NCBI RefSeq assembly: GCF_001194135.2
Contig: NC_068982.1
Location: 188,822,534-188,875,902, forward strand
Direction of reading: 5' to 3'
Length of the DNA: 53,369 nucleotides
Origin: Octopus bimaculoides
Lineage: Eukaryota
Part shown: positions 36,738-50,099 of the stretch, in pieces
How the letters are laid out: each line of letters begins with the position of its first letter
Position numbering within the stretch: the stretch's first letter is position 1
Program-made: the position numbers and the translations under genes
The notes under the pieces: generated by a model
Told to the model about the DNA's origin: nothing
What the model saw: the letters and a program-made list of their open reading frames with translations, nothing else
Database searches by the model: none

Positions 36738-37127
36738 AGCATAGGAGTGGCTAGGGCAAGAAGCTTGTTTCCCAACCACATGGTTCTGGGTTCAGTTCCA
36801 CAGTGTGGCACCTTGGGTAAGTGTCTTTTACTATAGCCTCAGGCCGACCAAAGCCTTGTGAGTGGATTTGGTAGACGGAAACTGAAAAGAAGTCCATCGT
36901 ATATATATATATATATACATATATATTTGTGTGTCTGTGTTTGTCCCCTACCACTATCGCTTGACAACTGATGTTGGTGTGTTTACGCACCCGTATCCAA
37001 GCAGTTCAGCAAAAGATACGGATGGAATAAGTACTAGGCTTACAAAGAAGAAGTCCCGGGGTCGATTTGTTCGACTAAAAGCAGTGCTCCACTATGGCCA
37101 CAATCAAATGACCAAAACAAGTTAAAG
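36738..37127 (+). mobile_element. SINE family A, full-length
   Basis: ATAGGAGTGGCT...GGGTTCAGTTCCAC head, (TA)n/(TG)n linker, 3' ...ggccacaatcaaatgaccaaaacaag. Other copies at 26590-27000, 32415-32800, 40885-41175, 42815-43194 and 50675-50990. Confidence 0.85.
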
Positions 37128-37432
37128 AACACAAGAACCTCTGACATAAATATGAACTTGTCACAATCTCAGTTCCAAATCTTGTAGAAATATCTCGAGA
37201 GCAACAACAGGCTGTATTGATAAGACACCGAAAGGCTAACAGAAGGAAATATGGGTTGTCTCTTGTATCCATGACCAACACATTGAACTCACAAGTGGTT
37301 CAGTTTAGCTCACTTGCTGTCAGTGATCTTCATTCATGATCATTGAATAGTTAGAGTTATCTAGGAGTACATTAGCTAATGTGTCAAGACAGGAAGGTGT
37401 GATGATCTGCGAGAAATTTGACTGATACAGTA

Positions 37433-37660
37433 ATCCACTGATACAGTAATTGTGGTTCACCTATCGCAGTTTATTATCTAAGCTTATGTTGATCCCTCCG
37501 TGGTGTTGTTTTGCATTTATAATAAAATAAATATATACAAATTATAAAAGTAATTAAAAAATATACAGTACAGTACTGTTTCTACTTTGCAGATTTTCAC
37601 CTATTGCTGGGGGGGGGGGGTTGGAAAGTAACACCCATGATAGTTGAGGGATTAGTATAT
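37433..37660. mobile_element. Tigger-like MITE
   Basis: TA-CAGTAATCC... / ...GAGGGATTAGTA-TA-like ends; internal region shared with 12520-13008. Confidence 0.6.
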
Positions 37661-37996
37661 TTCTTGCAAGTTGAGAGATTATAGAGAGAAGTACTGGTAA
37701 TGTGGTGGGGTCCATTTTTCTGTTTTGTTCTTTTGTCTTGCAAGGTACTTGGTGACCCTGTCAGAGATGATGCCATATAGAAAACACTGGTGCTAATGCT
37801 ATGTAAAAAGCACCAGTGCCAATGCCACATAGAAAGCACTGGTAATGGTGCCACTTAAAAAAAGCACCCAGTGGACTCTGTAAAGTGGTTGGCATTAGGC
37901 AGGGCATCGAGTCTGCAAGAAACCATGCCAAAACAGACCATGGGCTCTCGACCACGCCAGCTGCTATCAAACTCATGCCAGAATAGAAAACGGATG

Positions 37997-38062
<66 letters not shown>

Positions 38063-38259
38063 ATCCTCCTGTACCAACTTACAACTGATATTGAGTCCGG
38101 TCAAAAGAAATCGATATTTTACAATTATATTACAAATAAGCATGGATTTGTTCTTGCGACATAGACACAAATATATGCATGTGAGTGTGTGTGTATATGT
38201 GCATAGATGTATATATTCACAAGCGCAGATACATGTATCCACACATGTAGATGTTCATG

Positions 38260-38296
<37 letters not shown>

Positions 38297-39189
38297 ACCA
38301 GCACACGTCCCCATACATACATTCATATATTCAAGTATATCATATTATACACATATATTTAAACCTATGAATATACACACTTCCATACAGAGGCATGCGT
38401 ATGCACATAATTACACTACTACCTTCCCCCCATGCTCCCCTCTCCCCAACAATCTTGTCTGCTGTTCTTTTCTTTGTTTCTCTCTCTCTCTCTCTCTCTC
38501 CCTCTGTTTCTCTCTCTCTCTCGCTTTTCTCTTCAACCTACCCAGAGTTGATATTCAAGTCGATGGAGCAGATAGCCATTACAAGGATCAATTTATAGTC
38601 TCCGGCTGGAAGGACTACCACTACCACTACTACTACTGCTACTATTGTTATTTCACATACACAATCACCCAACCACACACACACAGGCCAAACAACACTT
38701 TTCTTCCTTGCCAATAAACCACCTGACCATCACAACCACCACCATCATCATCACTACCACCACCACCACCACCACCACCATCCTTATTATTTCCACTACT
38801 GTCCCCATCACCACAACCAGCATTACCACTTTATATGTCCCTCATTAAAGCACTTTCTTCCCCCCCCCCCTATCGATGATGATGATGATGATGTGTTGTA
38901 GATTTTTATTGGTTTGTCTTTTTTTGTTTATTTTTCTCTATATTTCTATTGTCGTTGCTGTCTTAGTTTATTTGCTGTCTTTGTCCTTGGCTCAATGCCC
39001 ATCATCATGTGACAAGACATGTTCTGAATTCATTAAGGACCTAAGAGGCCCTCATTCATATTATTGAGTGTTCACCAAATGCCAAGAGAGAATTGGAAGA
39101 GATTTCAAAGAAATGGTAAAAACAAGGAAAAAAGAATTGATTGAAAAATGTCATTGAAGATAATTTCCTCCCCGTCCCTTCACCAGCCA

Positions 39190-39450
39190 TAGCTCGTTTC
39201 CCCTGTGAATCCCTAAAAGCGATATCTTGAGGAATGGTAATGAATTCGATGGGAAGATTTATGGCCTGGCACAACACCAAATTTTATAAAGATAATATTC
39301 ATCAATTAAAGTTCCCTGTGGCCTCAAGATATCAATGGTACTTTGAGTCAACCATTTTGTATTTCCTTATTAATCAACATGCTGCTGGAGGTCACACAAA
39401 CCATGAGGTGTACAACATGTGGCAGCAAGATTTTGCTCCTTCAAATTCTC
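39190..39450 (+). mobile_element. Possible highly decayed maT/Tc1-like transposase fragment
   Basis: HAAGG...MWQQDFAPS resembles the WQQDSAP second-aspartate motif; otherwise degraded. Confidence 0.35.
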
Positions 39451-40152
39451 TTCCATGAAGCAATGTTAATAATGACAGGAAGAAATCTTGTCGTAGACAT
39501 ACCCTGCCGTTTAATTTTTATGGTTCTAGACCCAGTGGTCGTCAACCATTTTTTACCTGTGGCAACCATTTTTTACCTGTGGCAACCATTTTTTACATGA
39601 TAGCAAAGGAGAATGGGCACCAGCCAACCCAAAGGTTGGGGTGGGCTGCACCTGCCTACTTTGGTTGCTATGGCATTGAGGTAGATCCAGTCACCCCCGT
39701 TAACAGGGACAAAACCTGGATTTAAAACACTTGATGACGATGATGATGATATATGATATTCACCACGTGAATTACGATGAAAAAATATGAGAAAGATATG
39801 GGATATGATTTTTTTTGTGCAGAGGTTCCTTGACACATGTAATTTATTTTAAGGATTACACAAGGGTAAAAAGGTTCAGAAACACTACTAGAAATCAAGC
39901 TTAAAGCAACAGCACTAGCACCACCACCACCACTGCCGCTGCTGCCACCAATATTGGTGGAGGGCAACACTGACAGTCTTAACAGTCTCTTAATTCAGTT
40001 TGCCACTCGTTTATCTAATACCCGGCTTAACGAGGTCTGGTTTAGTGAGAGTTCACTTTATGCATCTTCTCTTTTGAATAACAGCTGATATGAATCATGG
40101 TTGGTTGGGTTCTCTAGTCATGCTTTACATCACATAGATAGAGGGAGGGAGT

Positions 40153-40187
<35 letters not shown>

Positions 40188-40343
40188 TGTCAATACAAGC
40201 AGTGCAAGGTCATTGTCTGATAATTCTCTAAAAAATACACTTTTTTCTTTCATTCTTTTTTTTAAAGAAAGTTTGCAGAAATAAGTTTTCAATGAAGTGA
40301 ACTCTGATTATCTAAATAAAATTTAGTGAAATAACAAATAGTT

Positions 40344-40671
40344 ATTTTATTGTGTCTGGGGAGAGTCATTCGCTTTTAATGCCTTATTACTTTGACACAC
40401 CCACCGGTCCGATTTCCACTCATTTACTTATTTATTTATACTAAAATTTTGTTGCGTTTTGCAACCTTTTCAATAGTTGTTGATTCTGTTCGTTATCCGA
40501 ATTGTGTTCTTGAAAATTTTAGAAAAACAAATAAGTAAATGAGTGGAAATGGAACCGGTGAGTGTGTTAGATAATAAGGCATTAAAAGAGAATGACTCTC
40601 TCCAGACACAACAAAATATGCTTCAACACACAAACTCACATAAAGAATCTTGCAAACCAAATCCCAAAACG
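40344..40671. repeat. Inverted-repeat element with one-sided ~55-bp extension
   Basis: Arms about 40344-40450 / 40513-40618, then AATATGCTTCAACACACAAACTCACATAAAGAATCTTGCAAACCAAATCC. The same structure occurs at 47129-47382. Confidence 0.8.
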
Positions 40672-41419
40672 GATTAGTTATTGCAAATATACAAATGAGA
40701 AATTTGTTTTATTTAATTTTATTTTCAGGTAATATTTTCTTTTGAAAATTGGTATTCATTTCATGATTCTGTCTAAGCGTCAAGGGATTTGTGAGAAGTG
40801 AAATTCCAATCAGTTAAAATGGATTCTCTGCCCCCAGTTGGTTTGGTTTGGTTTAATAAGGGTTCAATGTAGATAGAGATCTCTTTTGATCTTTGGCTTG
40901 TTTCAGTAATTGGACTGTGGCTATGCTGGGGCACCAGCTTGAAGGGGTTCTTGTCAAACAAATCAATGCCAATACTTAGTTTAAAGTCTGCAAACTCATT
41001 TTCTTATGGTGAACCACTAAGTTACAGGGACATAAACAAACTAACACTGGTTGTTGAAGTGGTAGTGGCCCAGAGTTATAGTAGAAGACACTTGCCCAAG
41101 GTTCTACGCAATGGGACTGAACCTGAAACCATGGGGTTGCAAAGCAAGCTTTCTAACCACATGACCATGCCTGCAACTGTATCTATATGAAGGATAAAAA
41201 TAGTTTAAAAAAAGGTATTCATGGAAGATGCAGGTGTTGAACCAGAATTTCTTGGAATGGTAATAATATTCTGCTGATACCTGTTTCATTATGTCTTTGA
41301 GAGCCAATGGACATGCTGGCTTCTTCATGCTCACTAACACAAAAAGGTATGAATTGTTTGCATATACGCAACATCGAATGAGAATTGAATCTATGGAAGA
41401 GGGAGACCAAGAAAGATTT

Positions 41420-41968
41420 CTATACATAAACCCAGGAAGACATGGGATGAGGTGGTGAAGCATGATCTTTGAATGTTGAGCGTCACAGAGGCAATGACTG
41501 GTGACCGAGACCTTTGGCAATATGCTTTGCTTGAGAGGACCCATAAAACCAAATGCACCCATGCTGGTGGCACATAAAGAACATCTCTTGAACGTTGAGC
41601 TTCATGAAGGCAAAGTGGCTGAGTTCCTTTCGAGTGTTGGGCCTCACGGAGGCAATGACTAAGACATTTGGCATTATGTCATGCTTGAGAAGAAGAAGAC
41701 CCATCAAGCTGAGCAAAATTGCAGTCGTGGCAGGTACTGGTGTCACAAAAATTGGTACCCATACCAGTGGAACATAAACACATCTTGGCGTCATGCCGGT
41801 GGCATGTAAAAGCACCCATTACACACTCAGAGTGGTTGGTGTTAGGAAGGACATCCAGCCATAGAAAGCCATGCTGAATCTAACTGGAGTCCAATGCAGC
41901 CTTCCAGCCCTGGTCAAACTGTTCAACCCATGCCAGCATGGACAACAGATGCTAAATGACGATGATGA
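41420..41968 (+). mobile_element. RTE LINE 3' end, duplicated C-terminal segment, UTR and (GAT)n tail
   Basis: PRKTWDEVVKHDL*MLSVTEAMTGDRDLWQYALLERT, the classic RTE C-terminus. This links the abundant (GAT)n-tailed repeats to RTE. Confidence 0.85.
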
Positions 41969-42974
41969 TATATATATATATACATATATGCGATGGATTT
42001 CTTTCAGTTTCCATCTACCAAATCCACTCACAAGGCTTTGGTCAGCCCGAGGCTAATAGTAGAAGACACTTGCTCAAAGTGCCATGCAGTGAGACTGAAC
42101 CCAGAAGCATGTGGTTGGGAAGCAAGCTTCTTACCACACGCCTGTTATACATATATATGTGTGTGTGTATATGTATGTATAAGACATGCAGCCACACACA
42201 TTTACAAACAGGAAATGAGAGAATAAAAAGTTAATATCTGCTAACAACAACAACAGAAATAAAATGGGTTTCTGCCAATTCCGTTCCTCAGTTCTCAACC
42301 TATTCTCTCCAAGCACATTCTCGCTTGACTAACTGTTGTTAGCTGTCATATCCACTCCACCACCATCATCATCATCATCATTGCCTACGGCAACCACACA
42401 AGCACTGTTACTATCACCAGTGGCACCGTCCAACACTCAACTCCGGCGCCATTTTTCTACCCCCTCAACCCCTTTGCTCCCTCGTAAACCACCACTGGCA
42501 CCGCAACGGTTATTATCACCTCCATTACTATCCTTCTGCTCCCACCACCGCACACCCAACCCACACCTCATATATTCACTGAGAATGAAAGCATAATGCC
42601 AGGAGGCATGCATGCAAAGGTGCAGCTGCATTGCACTGAACATGTGCATGCAAACATGCATTTTAGAAAGGTCATCCTCAATGAAGATAATTGGATGGAA
42701 AGCTTAAAAAATAATTGCGCACACCTTTCACACTCTCTCTCTCTCCCCCCTTTTCCTTCTCCTCTCTGTTGTTCTCACAACATGTGTGTGTGTGTGTGTA
42801 TAAGGATATACAAGCAGATTTGTCTGTGTAGTTAAGAAGATTGTTTCCCACTCATACAGTTCCAGGTTCAGTTCCACTGTGTGGCAACTTGGGCAAATAT
42901 TTTCCGTTATAGCCCTGGGCCAACCAAAACATTTATGACTAGATCTGGTAGCTGGCAACTGAAAGAAGCCTATC

Positions 42975-43008
<34 letters not shown>

Positions 43009-43410
43009 CTTTGTGTCTGTGTTTGTCTCCCACCACTACTTGATAACTGGTTTTGATGTGTTTACATCTCTATAACTTAGTGGTTCAGCAAAATAGACTG
43101 ACCGAATACGTACCAGACTTTAACAAACATAAGTACTGCGGTCAATTCATTCGATAAAAATTCTTCAAGGTGGTGCCCCAGCATGGCCACAGTCNNNNNN
43201 NNNNNNNNNNNNNNNNNNNNNNNNNNNNNNNNNNNNNNNNNNNNNNNNNNNNNNNNNNNNNNNNNNNNNNNNNNNNNNNNNNNNNNNNNNNNNNNNNNNN
43301 NNNNNNNNNNNNNNNNNNNNNNNNNNNNNNNNNNNNNNNNNNNNNNNNNNNNNNNNNNNNNNNNNNNNNNNNNNNNNNNNNNNNNNNNNNNNNNNNNNNN
43401 NNNNNNNNNT

Positions 43411-44000
43411 TTTGATTTATGATTCGTGTTACTTAATATGTTTTGCTAAAATTTCTGTTTCTTTTCAGATATCATCAGAAAAAGGTAATTAAAATTCATT
43501 AGAATGACAGATCTATCAGACTTTCAAAGAGGTCAAATTGTTGGTGCTCGTATGGCAGGCGCTAGCGTAACAAAAGCAGCCGAAATGTTTGGTGTATCAA
43601 GAAGTACTGTCTCGAAAGTAATGACAGTCTTTGAGAAAGAGGGAAAAAGCTCCTCGTCGAAACAAAACTCCTGAAGAAAACCAAAACTTTCAGATAGGGA
43701 CTGTCAGACTCTCACACAAATTGTTAGAAAGGATCACAAAAGTGCAGCTCCCAAAATTACTGCAGAGCTTAATGACCACCTTCAGAACCCAGTTTCCAGG
43801 AAAACTGTTCGCCGAGAGCTGCACAAAGCCGGATATCACAGGAGGGCTGCAATCAGAAAACCACTACTTTTAAAAACAAACGTTGCCAAGCGTTTAGTGT
43901 GGAGTAAAAACCTAAAGCAGTGGAAGAATGTTATTTTCTCGGGTGAGTCATCCTTTATCTTACTTCCGACCACTAGCTGAGTAAATATGTGGAGACAACC
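43411..44000 (+). mobile_element. Tc1-like transposase N-terminal half
   Basis: ATG at 43504: MTDLSDFQRGQIVGARMAGASVTKAAEMFGVSRSTVSKVM...HRRAAIRKPLL...QWKNVIFSGESSF; apparently the same family as 14945-15343. Confidence 0.9.
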
Positions 44001-44099
44001 ACCTTTTTACTGAAGTCATGGCTCTCCTTAAAATTCAATTCCAACCATGTTGCAGATGATTATTTTATGGTCAGCAGATATACACATCATCATCATCAT

Positions 44100-44250
44100 C
44101 CAGGTCTATATTTAAGAGATGAGGAATTATTTACAATATTTACATTTGATGGATATTTGTCCCCAGTCTCTCTACCCTATGTGAAAGGCCTCTCCGGAAA
44201 GATACAAAAGATATGCGGCCCCTATGACATCAGGACAGTATTCAAAATCA
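44100..44250 (+). mobile_element. Penelope-like fragment (inverted tail fused to EN-proximal ORF piece)
   Basis: LPYVKGLSGKIQKICGPYDIRTVFK, homologous to the 10140-10220 region. Confidence 0.75.
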
Positions 44251-45389
44251 ATTCAAAGAAAGGCAGTGGATTTCAAAAGAAATATGGTAGGGTAAGGGTT
44301 GATTACATGGAAGAGGAAGTGACGAAGGCTGGGGCACAAAAAGGACTTTTGAGTCTTTCACACCTGTTGCCCTTATTACCTGTTTGATACTTCTCTTCAT
44401 TTACTGTCCCATACAACCTGTCGAATGAGGCAAACAAAAGCTCTTCCTATATTCAATTCCCCTCTTCATCCCTTAAGCCCTTTTAGCACTGAAACCAGCC
44501 ACATCCGGCCCAAATATTCTACCTTGTTTTATGTTGAAATTGGCCAGATCCAGTCTCTCATGCTGGAATCTAAAACATTCCTGACAGGATGCTCAATGAC
44601 ATGTGTAAAAGAGTAAAAGAAGGAATGGAATCCATTACACTCCTTCTTTTCCGTGTCTGCTGATGGTTAACACTCCTCTCCGCCCCCAGGTCTTTCCTCC
44701 AGTGACATCCACCACCCTCTCACTTCTCCCTACCATTACTCACATAAGCAGCTTTCACTGACATCCATCACACACTCTTTCACAACCAACCCCCTCCTCC
44801 TCCCCTTCCCTCTCTGATGCATGAGTAACAAGAGATTCCACTAGATACGTTGGTATTTCATACAACTCCTTTGTCCGTCTCTCTCTCTCTTTTACCAGCA
44901 ATTATCTAACAGACATTAAGTGCATTCGTTCCAGTACACACTCTCTTTCAACCTTCACTCACCTTCTCTTCTTCACTCAATCATCATCATCATTTAACTC
45001 CAGGCTAGCAGGGGTGGGATGGTTTGACAAGAACAGATGGACCAGAGGGCTCAGCCAGGCTCTATATCTGCTATGGCATGGTTTTGGCAGCTGGATGCCC
45101 TTCCTGATGCCAACCGCCCAACAGAGCATACTGGGTGCTTTTACTTGGCACCAGCACCAGTGAGGTAACCAAGTACCTGCAAGATAAGGCCCCTTAACAG
45201 AGTGGGTATCGACTGAAGAAAGAAACTATAATAGAGGGAGAGGAGCAGGTTTCTTACTGAAGACATTGCTCTCCTTAAAAATCAATTCCAACCATGTTGC
45301 AGATGATCATTTTATGGTCAGCCTTTTAATGCCAGACACTTTCTGCCAGGTGATCCAGCCAGGGTTACTCAAGCTCCCAGTCTGTGTCT

Positions 45390-45760
45390 GCTTAGCTTCC
45401 ACTTCCTGATCCACAGCCCTCTTGGGGCAACCTTTGCTGCCTCCACAAATGACCTGATGGCCTTGTACCTATTGACCCCTGTGATACTCAGCATGTTGTA
45501 AGCTCTGCAGAGGGACTGACCTGCTAACCCTGAGCCTCACACTTTACTTGCCACTCTTTGCTTTCACATCAGCTCACCATATTTCCATCTCTTACTCAAT
45601 CATCTCCTCAATGTGGTCCTTCCAAAGAACAAAGTCATCTACTTGGACGCATCCGAGATCAGCCCCATATCTAAGTTATGTAATGTTGAGGCAGCAGCTA
45701 CTGGGGACATCTGCTGATTTCCCCGGTTAACCTTTACCTCTTAGTTTTTTGCCATTGCAA
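45390..45760 (-). mobile_element. HERO-like (restriction-like endonuclease) non-LTR C-terminal relic
   Basis: ...LDMGLISDASK...WKDHIEE...KYGEL...GLAGQSLCRAYNMLSITG...KAIRSFVEAAKVAPRGLWIRK with frameshifts; family assignment from recalled motifs. Confidence 0.7.
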
Positions 45761-47128
45761 GTAAGCCAGGGGAAGCAGACCAGGTAGCTGGCTTACCTCC
45801 TGCGATGACATAGAAATTGACAATTATCTAATGAACTTCGTTAGCTTCCTAAAACCAACCAACCAATTAAGAGAGTGTACTGGGTACTTTTTATGTGGCA
45901 CCAACACCAGTGGGGTCGCCAAGTACCTGCAAGATAACACCCCTTAACTAAGGGATTCATAGTTGAATGCCTGAGTAACAACTTTAGTCTCATCAGAACT
46001 TCAAATTTGAAGTGCAGTTCATTTGAAAAAAAACATTTACATTTATGCATGTACATAGAAAGGTATGTATATTGAGTTCTACACCATGTTATTAGTATTG
46101 CAATGCCTAAGTGAAATGTGTGAGTGTCTCACCTCTGCTTGGCAACCAGTGTTGGTATGTTTATGTCCCTGTAACTTGGCAGTTCAGTAAAAAAGACAGA
46201 TAGAACAAATACCAGGCTTATTACTCCATTCATATTTTCATTTGAGTTTTGGTCTACCTTCTGTAATATGTCTGAGTGTTGTCTCCTATTTGCCAATAAG
46301 ATCCTAACATCTATGTTATCAACTGAGATGTTCTAATTGAGCATATTAGTAGAGCACTGACAAGCTTTTCTTCTCCTTCAGCTCCTGCCAGTGTTCACTT
46401 ATCTGCTCAACTATGCTACATGCTGTCTCTTCAATTTATGTCATTGTCCTGTTTCTGCACTGCCCCTCTGTACACCTTAGTCTATAGACTACATTCCAGG
46501 TTTTACAGTTTATCTGTGGGTTTACTCTACAAACTATACAGTCCCTGTTAGAAAGAAATTCTGTTGTTATTATTAAAAGCAGCTGTGCCAGACAACTTGC
46601 TTAGCAGCATTTCTTTTGACTTTATGCTTTGGGTTCAAACGCCACCAAGATCAAGTTTGTCTTTCATCTTCTAAGGGGTTGATAAAGTACCGGTCAACTG
46701 CTGGGGATCATTGAAACTAACACCTTCCCTTCAACATTGCTGATCTTGTGCCTTCATAAAGAGAGAGGGGTAAAAATTTTCAATGATATTTTTGTGGGGG
46801 TGAGTGGGGCTAATTGCCATTTTGAGAATTTCTTCTTTAGCAGGTGCAGACAGTATTGCAAGCAAGCATTTGGACCAGTTGCTATACGAACGAATGCATT
46901 ACTTCTTTACTGTAGTAGTAGTAGTAGTAGTAGCAGTAGTAGTAGTAGTAGAAACAAGCCTTTGGCCAGAGTCTATGTCACCTTTAATGCCCATCCCACA
47001 ACACCAGTGTCAAAGACCTGACAGAAGGCCACTACAGTTGTAGCCATCCCTTCTTCCTTCACCGAACCATTAAAACAAAAAAAAAAACCTAAAGTTGATA
47101 TTTCAAAGACACAATAACCAATTTTTTT

Positions 47129-47382
47129 TTGTCTGGAGAGAGTCATTCTCTTTTAGTTCCTTATAATTTAACACATTCATCAGTAAAATTTCCACTTATT
47201 TCTTCTTTATTTTTCTAAAATTTTCATTGCATCTTGCAACCTTTTCAATAATTTTGGAAATTTTACTGGTGTGTGTGTTAAATAATAAGGCACCAAAAGA
47301 AAATGACTCTCCCCAGACACAACAGAATATGCTTCAACAGACAAACTCACATAAAGAATCTTGCAAACCAAATCCAAAAACG
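47129..47382. repeat. Inverted-repeat element abutting the RGS exon donor
   Basis: Arms 47129-47194 / 47255-47322 plus extension to 47382; ends about 23 nt from the 5' splice site. Confidence 0.8.
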
Positions 47383-47405
47383 AAATACAATAAGCAATGT
47401 TTTAC

Positions 47406-47502
47406 CTGTGAATGCTTTAGGAATCGTTGTGAGGAACTGTTTTTGTGTGCGAACTTGGATGCCATTATTCGGATCACTCATCTGCTTCACAAGCTGTTCC
47501 AT
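47406..47502 (-). CDS. R7-family RGS protein (RGS7/RGS9/RGS11/EAT-16-like), internal exon, start of DEP domain
   Basis: tttcag|ATG GAA CAG...TTC ACA G|gtaaaa; 97 nt, phase 0 to 1; MEQLVKQMSDPNNGIQVRTQKQFLTTIPKAFT(G). Resembles RGS7 [33 protein letters not shown] as recalled; orthologue not resolved. Confidence 0.93.
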
Positions 47503-48852
47503 CTGAAACAACAACAACAACAACAATATCAATCATTAGTCAATTAATTTACATTGTGGTTCAGTTACTTACATACATGTTTTCTTATTTTCTTTCTTTT
47601 CTTAATTTAATTAGATTACATTTTTGGTCATTGTAAAAGACAAATCAGAATTCATCATCACCATCATCATCGTTGTCATCAGCATCACCATCATTGTCGT
47701 CACCATTTTAATATATGCTTTTGTGTAGTGGCACGGCTCAAATGCAATTTTTGTTAGGTAGATTATCTACAGCTGGATGCCCATCCTGTCACCAACCTTC
47801 ACATCAAGATCAAATGGAAATTGAACTTGTGATCCCTGTGCTGGAGCCACGTAAAGAGTACCAACCGAACGTGGTCGTTGCCATCCTCCTCTGGCTTGTG
47901 TTGGTGGCACGTAAAAAAAAAGCACCCACTACACTCTCAAAGTGGTTGGCATTAGGAAGGGCATCCAGCTGTAGAAACACTGCCAGACTGGAGCCTGGTG
48001 CAACCTCCTGGCTTCTCAGACCCCAGTCGAACCGTCCAACCCATGCCAGCATGGAAAACGGACGTTAAACGATGATGATGATGATGAACCGAATATCTCA
48101 CACAAACAGATGTTAAATGAGATCATCACTGGCGCACATTACCCCCCCCCCACTCTCCTCTCGTTAAAAAAAAACCTTTGAAATTTAATTTTAATTTCTT
48201 TCTATTTGAATATTGAAAATAAGAGATAAGAGTCTTATGTAATTAGCATCATCATCATCATCATCAACAACATCTCTCTTACTGCCACCACCACCACCAC
48301 CACCACCACCATTAATATAATTAATATATTTGTGCAAGATATATAGAATCATCATCGTTATCATCATTTAGATCTGTTTTCCATGCTGGTATGGATTGGA
48401 TGGTTCAACAGGGGCTGGCAAGGCTGGGCGGTGTACCAGGCTCTGATTGTCTGTTTTGGTTTGGTTTCTACAGTAGGATGCCCTTCCTAATGCCAACCAC
48501 TTTCCAGAGTGTACTGGATGGTTTGTTTTTTATATGTGGCACCAGCAACCACAACCTCACAAGACAAAGAACTCTCAGCTGAGAAATGGAGCGGAACTGA
48601 CAGATTAGAGTATGATAGAATGGTATGATTACCATTTCTCATTGCAACACTGCTACCAGTGCTGTTTATGTTGTTGTTATTATTATTAATACTAAGAGGG
48701 AGGCAGCGAGCTGGCAGAATCGTTAGCATGCCGGGCGAAATGAATATTCAAGTTGTTCAATCACCAGAGTGATTTAATGCACATAAGTGACTGAGTATAC
48801 CTCAGACCAGTGTACCATTCAGGAAATTGTTTGGCAGAATCACTGTGACATA

Positions 48853-48958
<106 letters not shown>

Positions 48959-49254
48959 AGGCACAGGCGTGACTATGTGGTAAGAAGTATATACTTTCTT
49001 TCTTTCCTTTTTTGTCATTTCATTATATGTAAACCCCTACACTTTATGTCTGCCTTTGTATTGTCCCCCTCATATTATACCCTTGTGGCAAATAAATGAA
49101 ATCATCATTATTATTGTTATGCTCAGGTTGGCTTTGCCTTTCATCCTTTTGGGGGTCAATGAAGTAACTACCAGTCGAGCACTGGGGTCCATGTAATTGA
49201 CTTATACTTGCCCTCAAAATTTCAGGTCTTGTGCTGCCCATAGCAAAGAGGATT

Positions 49255-49791
49255 ATGATTACTATTATTAATATTGAGTGAGAGAGCAGTGCATGCCATC
49301 AGAGTGACACTGGGGTACAAATATATGAAGCCCAATATACCCATCATGACTACCCGTCTGATAAGGGTACACCAGGCACATGCATGACAACCATATGTGC
49401 GTGACATGGTGATCTTATATCAAGATAAACAGCGCATGACCACGCAGGTGGGGCCCAGTTAGAATTTTCTTCAGGTCGAGTAGCCCATCCCGCTCAAAAG
49501 GTCCTTGAATAAAGGTTGTTTGAGGATGTCAAACGCAATACCCATGTTTCCAGAGATGAATTATTCAAACCCCAAAGAATTCCTCTCAACACATGGCCAT
49601 GATGCTCCCCCACTACTTCTGCTCATGATCAGAGGTGCACATATTGTCAGCCACTAAGGGACATGCTCAACTGGTTAAGGTCAAACAACTGACAAGCAAA
49701 TCTGTGGTATTGAGCAGAATATTTGCTGTAGCCCATCTTTTATACCAAGACAAAAGATGTACATGATAACACTTCCAATCAATTAAGATCA
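49255..49791 (-). mobile_element. ~540-bp non-coding repeat with (AAT)n-like tail, probable retroposon
   Basis: GC-balanced block ending ...gcactgctctctcactcaatattaataatag on minus; resembles a common octopus repeat from memory; single copy in this window. Confidence 0.55.
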
Positions 49792-50099
49792 GAGTTTGTC
49801 ACAACCACTGCCTGGTAACACATCAGGGCAGAATATTAGTAAAATCTAAATTTTTTGCGATTAAATCCATTCAAGTCAGCTTTGTCTTTCATCGTTCCAG
49901 TGTCATTAAAAATTAAGTGGAAGTCAAGCACATGGGGTCAATTTAACTTAAAACTTCTAAATTGATTTAGGAATCGTTAAAACCTTCATAATTTGCTTGT
50001 AATCAAAATCACTTTTGTTTATTTGTAATTAATTCTTTTCTTAATTATCACCATTAGGGTAAATGAAAAGCTATCATAATTATTATTAAAGCTGTTGTA

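Noticed and set aside
37998-38717. 239-aa plus-strand ORF
   Set aside because: Built from (GAT)n, (TG)n, (CT)n and (CTA)n microsatellites.
41104-41562. 152-aa minus-strand ORF
   Set aside because: Antisense of an RTE C-terminus and a SINE; no domain.
44812-44855. CTGATGC...GATACGTT possible hammerhead
   Set aside because: Two core mismatches and no convincing helix I or II.
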